Positions 39,456-64,000 of a DNA stretch of 64,000 bases are shown in pieces. The stretch comes from Lepidodermella squamata (lineage: Eukaryota; Animalia; Gastrotricha): assembly GCA_047495785.1 (NCBI GenBank), contig JBLDXI010000030.1:124001-188000 (forward strand). The letters run 5' to 3'. The translations under genes and the position numbers were made by a program. Numbering within the stretch: the stretch's first letter is position 1; the number at the start of each line of letters is the position of its first letter. Under the pieces are notes generated by a model, which worked only from the letters and a program-made list of their open reading frames with translations, searched no databases and was not told the DNA's origin.

Positions 39456-40792
39456 CAAAGCACGCCAGCAGAAAAGAAGACGTGTTCCCTATTTTCCTCA
39501 TCATTATTCGGAATATGCTGCAGTTTAAAAAAATGGCGGGGCTCAATTCGAAAATGTTTAATAATTAAAATTTTAAAATTAATTCCGTGTTACAAGTTTT
39601 ACAAAAGACTAGTTTTTATTGCACGATGTTTCGGAATCAATACAGATTTAATCATCAGGTGAATTGAGTTTGAAAGTAAACAGAGTTTTTTCAGAAAAGA
39701 TAAGTGACCATTTTAAGATGGAAATGATCAAAATCAGCAACGACCAGGAAGTTCGTCAATGAAATTAAGGTACGAGCTCGGTTTGTGAATTCTCGGTGTT
39801 AGATAAGGTGCTAGTAGAACCAGCATAACCGGCATTGCGCCAGTCACATAAAAAATCAACGCCTTGATTAGACACTTGAGTGACGCCGTCCCGTTCGCAG
39901 CCATATTTGACTCCATTGATTGAAGGGGAAAATGGTTTTTCCGAAAATTTGCCGTTAACCCCAACTGCACTACAACCATACCATGATACCATGATCCTAA
40001 GATAAGTTTCACGCAGTTCTTCTGAAGACGAGGATTCTCGAAATCGCGCTTTCTTCGGCATCGGGAACAGTGCCAGTCAAAAAGACCGACATAACCAGCA
40101 TCGCGCCAGTCACATTGGAGTTCGATGTTTCGGAGAGACACGAACGAGAAATCGTTTCCAGTATCCACAAGTTGGAACCCATCCTCGAAACCATTTGCCA
40201 GGTCGATCGTAGCGTGATTACCATAGATGATGTTTGAACAAGAGGTTACTAAACCAAGATACTTGCCAAACGAATAGTTGACGCAGCATTCGCCCAATCG
40301 CTGGTTTTTTCAGCCTTCCTCTGTTTGGAGTTCTGGAGCCGGGGTGTCAGCGCCCCTGTACTCTGCTGGACTTCGCACCCTTCGCACCATTAAATTTGAA
40401 ACGATGAACTTTGTCCCTTATTAGTCTGACTTCAGTTTTTCAGTTTGTCCGAAAACCTCTTAGTGCGGCGTCCTATCTACGTCACATGGCTAAGGGATAT
40501 ATGGGATAATTCCAGCGGCTGTGCAGAGATTTGAAGCGTTGACCGGGAAAAAATCGAGAAATTGATGAATTGTTTACTATGCAATTTTAAAATTGAATTC
40601 GAATGCAAAGCCGTTAATTAATATCAAGAATAACTTTGTAAGACGCATTATTGTCTGGGATCGTGCGTTTACTTATAGCTCGGAGAGTGTTTCAATTGTG
40701 TGCAAACTTTCAGGACTTTGTCTTTCTCAAACGTTACATTTTCTCGGTGGATGTTTCTCAGGGATATATCTAAATCACAAAGACAATTTCGA

Positions 40793-43700
40793 ATGGCTAC
40801 TGCCATGAATGGTTTTCGCATAGCGTTACTGCTGTTTTACCGTTCACCTTCAGGTGCTGTTGAGGAATGTAAATGGAATACATCGACCTACACATCGAAC
40901 CTTGTATTTTACGCAAGTGAAGGCTCCCAAGGGTTATCATATCTATCGAAAGAATCTGGATTCAAGCCAGGAGACAATTTAACCTTCATCTACGGAACAA
41001 CAGTGAAGCTAGTGTGTTCGAAGGCGGCTGTAAAACTGACTTTGCTGGGTCGCTGCAGCGATAACGGTTGGTGGACAAACAATCTTGACTGCAAAGGTAA
41101 CAAATTTGAATTTTGCAGTTTTTCGAGGGGTTTATTGTTTCTTGTTTGCAAGATGTTTTAAATCAACCCAGTGCACAGTGTGACTGGAACCAAACCTTGA
41201 AATTTGATGGCTACATGATTAGCACGAACTCAGAGAAGGTCTGGACATCCTTTGACACCACGATGCCTGGTACATCTTCACCAGAGCATACTGTCGTGAG
41301 AGTTTTTATCTGCCCAGACGGATCTTACCGACAGACGACGTGCCTCAACGGAAAATATCTTCCCGATCCAACGGGGTTCCTTTGCGGCAAAATCGAGGCA
41401 TTTAGCGAGTCGAAACTTGTCGCCTATTGGCCGCTTAGCTGGGATACGCAATTGTTGCCCCTGACTGCTGGCACGCCGAGCTTCACGACGGTTGGGGATG
41501 CAGCTTTCACGAAAACATCGGTGACAGCAAACGAATTGGCCCACTCAGGGTATAAAGTTGGATCTAGTGCGCTCCAATCCCCAAAATACCTCAGCGCGAC
41601 TGGGCTCACTGGGGTGGGAGGCCCTGTTTGGTCTTTATGTCTCTATTTTCAGTCGTTGAACAATAGAGAACTGATGGAAATAGAATCTAGTGCTGGGCAG
41701 ATAATTCAAATTTACAAGAACGGAAATCAATTTGGTGCATCAAGTTCGTCCGATAAAGTCTACGCCCAACATTTGAAATATACGGCGAATGATTGGGTAT
41801 TTCTACTGGTCACTGTTGAGAACTCGGCGATTACAGTCACTGCTCGAACAACGGGAGGCTCGACGACCTACACATATCCTACAAAACATCCTTCTCTGGA
41901 ATTTTGCCGGAACACCAGCTGAAAGTTTATCTCGGAAAAACGTAAGTAAAATCGCTGTTGTTCATCGAATTTTCTCCTAAACATTTTCTCATAGATCTTC
42001 TTCTTTTGCGGGAGGCGATTTTATTACGTCTTGTGTCATGTTTTTTAACTCGAACATGTCCAGCTATTCCGAAGTTCTGTATAAGCATTGCATGAATGGT
42101 AATGAGGAGATTTGATTGCCGAGCTTCAATTTACTTTATTGATTCCAGCTACATCCTACCCAGCTGGTGAGTTAACATACTGCCCGTCATGCGTTTGGAC
42201 CTACGACACCTATCGTTCGCTCCATATAGCCAATGCGAGTCAGCCTTTTGTCTTCGACTTTTCTTTTCCTTACATCTCTTGTTTAGATAAGCATTTCCGC
42301 CGTGGATCTGCAGTTCTCACAGAGAATGGTTTAACAACCCGGCTTGCATTTTTGAATCAACAAGGCGCTGTCTGGTTGTTTGAAGTAAATTAGGATTGGA
42401 AATTCGTATCTGCATGTCGTTAAACACTCACTTTTCCAGCCAATTAGTTCCGCTACCAAGAATTGGCGCGTTGAATTTCATTTTATTGGGAATAAATCAT
42501 TCGGCGACTATGAGTTCTACGTCACACCGTCGACAACTAAATCCTTTCACCCTGTTGATAGCCCAGTTGGCTTGAACCGATCGAGCTTTAGCGGGTTGCT
42601 TGTTCGATATTCTGCACCGTCTCAATTCAAACTTTATATAAGTACCAGTCTTATAGACATTCGAAGTACCTTCCCGAAACAATTGGCTGAGAAAACCAGT
42701 TCAACGTCACAGTATCCTGTGATGGTTGCCTTAGAAAAAGTAGGCGATATCTTCTGCGTCTATTCAAGAAGCGGGGTCACTTCTGAGAACGTGATAAAGG
42801 CAGGCTTTTCTAACTTCACAGCGATAACCTCGCCCCTTTACATCGGTGTGGCTGCGATCTGGCAGCACTACGCCGAGCCAGCTATATTGTTTCCTTACCT
42901 GTATCAAATTAAATTCTACACCGATGGCCTTGTTGTGACAACAAGCACCTCTACAACTTCAACGACGTCACGCACAACGACCTCAAGTTCATCCACAACA
43001 ACAACAACTACTTCGGTATCGACGTCATCGCAAAGCAGTCCAGTGACGACAACTTCTAAAGGGGAGAGTCCAATCGTTACCACAACTAATTTTCCTGACA
43101 CGGTTTCAACCGAGGGCTCCACAGATTTGTCAGGAAGTCGGACGAGCGAGACAACTTCTCAGCAGCCAACATATTTTACTACAACTACTGATGTCGAGGC
43201 TACATCCGAAGTCACGAAAACGGCTGAGCCTATGACTGTTAACACCGATACTACCGATACTACTACTTCTACTACTACAACTGCTGCTACAACAACTAGA
43301 GATGCTAGCACGACTACCAATAACACAACATCGATCGCATCTATCAGTTCAACAGCTGCTAGTAAGAAAGGAATTACTATTTCGCCCAGTTTCAACTACG
43401 ACTTGGACATGTCTCTCAAAATTTACGGTGACAACATCACAATACCCGGGCAGAATCTCACTGTGTCTTCAGAGCCGTGGGACTCTAAGCTTGACCAGAC
43501 CGATTCTGAAGTATTCAAAGCTATGGCAAACTATATGCAGCCTCTTCTTGAGGATCTTACCAACAAATCAGCAAAAGACTTGGGCGGAGAGGTGCAATAT
43601 GTTAAAATCACTGGTTTCAGAAAGGGCAGCATAATATCGGACTACATTGTAGCTCTAAGAAGTTTGACGCAACTCACCGAGAAAGAAATAGCTGAAAAAG

Positions 43701-43966
43701 TCAGTGCTGCAACGGAGAAACTTAAGAAAAATGCGGTGCAACTGCTGAATGGTCTCAGTTCTTCTAGATTAGCCGGATCAACCCTGGTCAAAGCATCGGG
43801 ACCTTTGATCGGCAGCACAGTCGCAAATCTGAGATCGCCTGTTAACATTGCGCCTTCGAAGAGCGAGAAAGCGAACCCGCCATCGAAAGAACCGCCATCC
43901 TCAGGAACTAATCGTGGCCTAACTGGTTTTAGCCTCGTGCTAGCTTTAATTCCCATCTTTTTCTAG
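40793..43966 (+). pseudogene. Lectin-mucin-SEA family copy 6, closest to copy 5; 2-bp frameshift in exon 2
   Basis: acc tac aca TA tcc tac (~41875) versus copy 5 acc tac aga tcc tac gives a stop at 41920-41922. Downstream exons stay open, including SEA and tail. Confidence 0.75.
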
Positions 43967-44078
43967 ACTGTGTATTCTGACGACTTAATTAAAGAAAAAT
44001 CGATAAATTCGATTGTCTGTCGTTGAAACAAGCTGTTTCGAGTCAATTGTGTGCGGTGAACCAATTATTTTCATCAAA

Positions 44079-45309
44079 TCAATACAACATCAAACTGATA
44101 ATAACGCTATCAAATATAACAACGATAAGTGAAATTAAACTGTAAAAACCAGCATCAAGAAGGCGGATGTTAGCGATTTTGGGGAGCGCTCTATTTTTGC
44201 CACTCCAACTACATGGCTTAATCCACATTTCCTGTGTGGATAAATGACACGTGGCCAGTGCGTAGATTGTACAGACAACTCCAATTAGCAGTTTAAAGGC
44301 AAGAAAAATAATGATATATGCCACTTGAGATGATTTCGGGATCGATTCACTGATCGCCCCGTGCAATACCGTGTGAGCTAGTACAACTAAAAGCAAAAAA
44401 TCAAGAAAAATATTAAAAATTGGAAATAATCTTTCACCTACCTGTCATACAAAATATTGGCCGATCAGTATATTTAGGATGGATAAGGGAGGATGCAAGT
44501 AGCAGGATGATTAAACAAACAGACGGCAAAAACACTGATATCATATACACGTCGTGCTTGCGCGCCAAATGAAAAGTAAACTCGATTCGGTTGTAAAATT
44601 TGCCATCAAGGCCAGGGTAAGTAACATCGTATTCTGTCTCGTTCACTGCAAGCAGTGTCCAAACAGCTGAAGGGTTGATGAAAGTATCGAAATCATCCAA
44701 CTGTATGCCGCCTGATTTCAATCGAACAACGCCAGAGTTTTGCCAAGACTCAAGCTTTAAAGTACATGACTGATGATCGAATGGGAAACGGCGAAAGCTA
44801 TTGTTACAAAAAAATCGGAATGATGTACGGAAACAGGCGGCTAAAACTTACTCCATTTGGCAGGATACAGTCATTTCGCTGATAACAGGCCAAGTTACGC
44901 CGCCGGATTTATCGAAAAATATGTACGTTTGACTGAGAAGATTGTCGAAATACGTAACTTGAGACCCAGCGTTCATTAGATTGATAATAGGCCTCCATGG
45001 GGTGTTGGCAGATTCCCGGATTTCGGCGACATTTTCGTTCCATTTCGTGCAAGGATGAGACCAAGCGATGTCGACCTCGGTTAGTAAGGAAAATTTTTGC
45101 TGAAGGTCGTCGATGCCCCTGAAGCTCATAGGAATAAGGGTGACAGAGACATTGACTGCATCTGATAGTTGTTCAACAGGTCGAGAACTTTTCGAGTAAA
45201 TGTTGCATTCATCAATTAGGCGTAGTCGGATCACTTCTTCCTCGGATTGGTAGGCTGAACTCGGCAGACCAGTGCAAAGGAAGGATAACAATAAGAATGC
45301 TCGACCCAT
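44079..45309 (-). CDS. Divergent Cys-loop ligand-gated ion channel subunit (intact, 3 exons)
   Basis: MGRAFLLLSFLCTGLPSSA signal, WRPIINLMN, Cys-loop CQMDFRRFPFDHQSC, LESW, RKHDVYMISVFLP (M1), DRPIFCMTVVLAHTVL (M2), M3, M4. Confidence 0.85.
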
Positions 45310-46624
45310 GCTTATAAAAAGCTTTTTCAACGGGTCGAGAGTAAAATTTGAGGAAATTACAGGGTTTTTCATTATTGTCTGGTGGTAATGGTAGTAGTGG
45401 CGATTTTTTGTTTCATTCATTAGACCAAACCAATTACCCACGGGATTAATAGCTCGCGTTTTTTTGCAGCTGATATCATCTGAGCGTCAGGTGTGTATTG
45501 ATTCGCACCATCATAAATTGCGTAAAACGACAGACTGCGCGTTGCCGAGAGGCGATGGTGGCCTAAATATTGTGCAACGGGAATACGTTTAGCTTTCAGC
45601 CGCAATTCGCTCAACTATAGATAAAGATCGCTGAACGAAAAAGTATGACGAAACAAAACAAAGATTGGATTTTGATTAATTAACCCAGAATTTTATTAGA
45701 AATGACGACAAGATTATCCGTTCTTTAAAGGTAATGTTCTTCAGCTGAATGCGGATAAATAATGTATTATCTATTATTATGAATTGGATTGTATTTAAAT
45801 GCTGAAATTAAACATGAGTCACTAATAATGCTTTCGATAGACCATTCCGGTATATAGCTCTCATATCAAAACCGGGAAATGAATATTTAGACTTCGTAAG
45901 CAGCATTCCTATTGACATTTGAACTCTATCAGCCCTGCAAAAGCTTCAAGTTTTGTTTTAGAGCAATCCTAGATCAAAATGTAACGAAGCAATTAGAAAA
46001 ATACTGCATAGACAGTAAAGACAATTCCTGGACAATTCTGAAATCGCGGAAATCCTCATGCTGCTCAAAGACAAATCAATTTAGGTTCTCGCACAAACTC
46101 GTTTCTATTTTTTTCTTACGCATGCGAGGAAAAACATACGCACACAGCGAATCACACACACCCACCATACACTCACTCACAAACTGATATCATTTTTCCT
46201 CGTATGTAATTTTTTTGCTCTTTCAAGTCGTCGAAAAAAAACGATGGCGGCACGTTGAGACGAACCTTGACGCTCTCCCAAACATCGATAAGCGGTTATA
46301 TCGACTTGGCTAAGCAGTCAAGCTGAATGTGTGACATGTATCGCGATCATAAAAAAGTCCATGTTTTTGATATAATAAAATGTGCAGAAGGCAGAAGTCA
46401 ATTTATTGTGTCCACAAGTTGATAAGTGTATGAAAAAAGAAATAATCACCAGGTTATGCTTAAATGAACACGAAATAGTGCGTTGACACACGTAAGTTGA
46501 TACCAGGCGGAAATATCGAAGTATTAAGAAGGAAATGAACAATCAATTGCATGTTTCCCAATCAATGTGTAAGTACATTTCGCCTAATTGTAGTCGGAGC
46601 TGTATTTCGGATGAGTTCATTGTC

Positions 46625-57507
<10,883 letters not shown>

Positions 57508-58157
57508 TTTATTGTGGAATCTAAAATATTGTTGACTAAGAAATCCTTTAGCTAGGTCTCAGCTGCTGTTCTCCTCGCTTGGGCGGCGCTTATCTCATCT
57601 GCATACCGGAGAGCGCTTAATGACATCATTCATCATTATCCACGGGCTTGTATGCGTGAAACTCTGATCTATTAGTTATGCTTAATCTTCATCATCGTCC
57701 TGCTCATGCACTCGAGCACACGGCTATGCATACTTTGACTCCAAGTTTCTAAAGCAACGTTTTTTCGTGTTAGTTATTCAAGTTATGCATATTATTGCGT
57801 GATCGCGTAGAACGTGTGAATGTGCATTCCTTCATAACTTTGGCGAATAAATATGAGCAAGCATGCGGCATAATTTTCTTCAAAAAATTAGAAACGATTT
57901 CAGAAAAAGAGCAATATTCAATATTCATGTTAAAAGAGAAAGATGAGCTCGCGGGATCTCAATACATCCGAGATCGAGCCTTCCTAGCGGGGGATAGCAG
58001 GAAAACATTCTAGCCCAGGCGATGACACAATCTGGTTCTACCTGAGCTCGCCTCTTGCACTACTCTTCGGTTCGAAAATACCCGCATAAGTAATCCCTAG
58101 CTCCGGATTCCCACTTCGCACAATGGCCGCAGCTGATAACCTCTAAATCATCGAAAA

Positions 58158-58403
58158 CAGTGTGCGACTTTCAAGGGGGATTGGGGGTATCATCCCCCCA
58201 GCTCGGCCGGGCCAGACGACAAAATGAGAATTTATCCCCCAATTTTGTCAACTTTGAAAGGTTCTGGAGCGTGTTTTAGTGGAAAATCTTCAAAATTTTC
58301 TCGCTTCCCTCGGTTATTCGCCAAAATAATTAGTAATTTTGGCAAATACAGCAAAAACATTTTTTCCATCCCTGGCAGCTCGGGGATCCAAGATCGCACC
58401 CTG
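58158..58403. mobile_element. hAT-type MITE
   Basis: TIR CAGTGTGCGA ... TCGCACCCTG with an 8-bp target duplication ATCGAAAA on both sides. Related ends at ~7494-7564, ~37477-37651, ~40330-40390 and ~58096-58125. Confidence 0.85.
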
Positions 58404-59041
58404 ATCGAAAATGACAGTTTTTAAGGAGGTCGCTTCTTTAAAAATAAACGGCTTTTATCCCATTTCGTCTACCCAGTTGCATTCATGTCATATTGTAGCA
58501 AATCAAAGAATGACTATGGAGCCACTGTCAATCAGTAGCCTGACAATGGCCCAAGTTTGATTTCTGGCAGCTGCTATTCCTCGCTTCTAGACTTGCCACT
58601 CACATCTACGACTTTGACGATGACTGTGGTTATTTGGGGGTTTTCCACTGGCCTTGTGAACTGGGGAGTATAATACTCCTATTCCCACCGGCGATTCGCG
58701 TACTCGACCAAGCGACGGTTATCCGAAAGGGTTCGCCTTTTGCCTGCGTATGAAATTATCCTTGAATGCAGTTAAATTGCTGTAACTCGAAGATTTCTAA
58801 AGCAAATCTGAAAATCAAGCTTTATTTGGCTCGAAGACAATTATATCTCATATAGGTAAAGTATGTCAAGTATATGTGCAATTAGGTAATTAGAATCCTG
58901 AAATGTGGTATCATTTCTTTAAGAGAAAACGTGAACGTGATAAAGTTGTGGAGTGCCGCATCAAGTTTTTAGTTCTTATTTCAGTTCTTCTTCCCAGCTC
59001 CGATTCGGTAGAATGGACCACCGGAATGCCAACTGGACGAT

Positions 59042-64000
<4,959 letters not shown>

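Overview
Eukaryotic (metazoan, compact-genome invertebrate) genomic DNA with short canonical GT-AG introns (mostly ~50-60 bp), so the ORF track shows only exon fragments. The window is a rapidly evolving cluster of cell-surface and secreted genes. (1) Six paralogues on + of a 6-exon family: signal peptide, Cys-rich CCP-like modules, LamG/ConA-like domain, L-type-lectin-like domain, Ser/Thr mucin stalk, SEA domain with FRKG/SII autocleavage motif, GPI-type tail. Two copies are disabled and one lacks the SEA domain. (2) A MET-like receptor tyrosine kinase on - whose ectodomain holds SEA-like, LamG-like and a catalytically dead trypsin-like domain. (3) A predicted secreted Sushi-Sushi-ankyrin protein and a small prohormone-like gene. 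(4) Five divergent Cys-loop channel copies (2 intact, 3 broken) with very short M3-M4 loops. (5) Three multi-EGF + C-type lectin genes on -, one EGF per exon. Interspersed are a CR1/L2-type LINE 3' end, a solo LTR inside an exon, and about ten MITE/foldback elements. Exon boundaries were read by eye and domain calls rest on motif recognition, not database searches.
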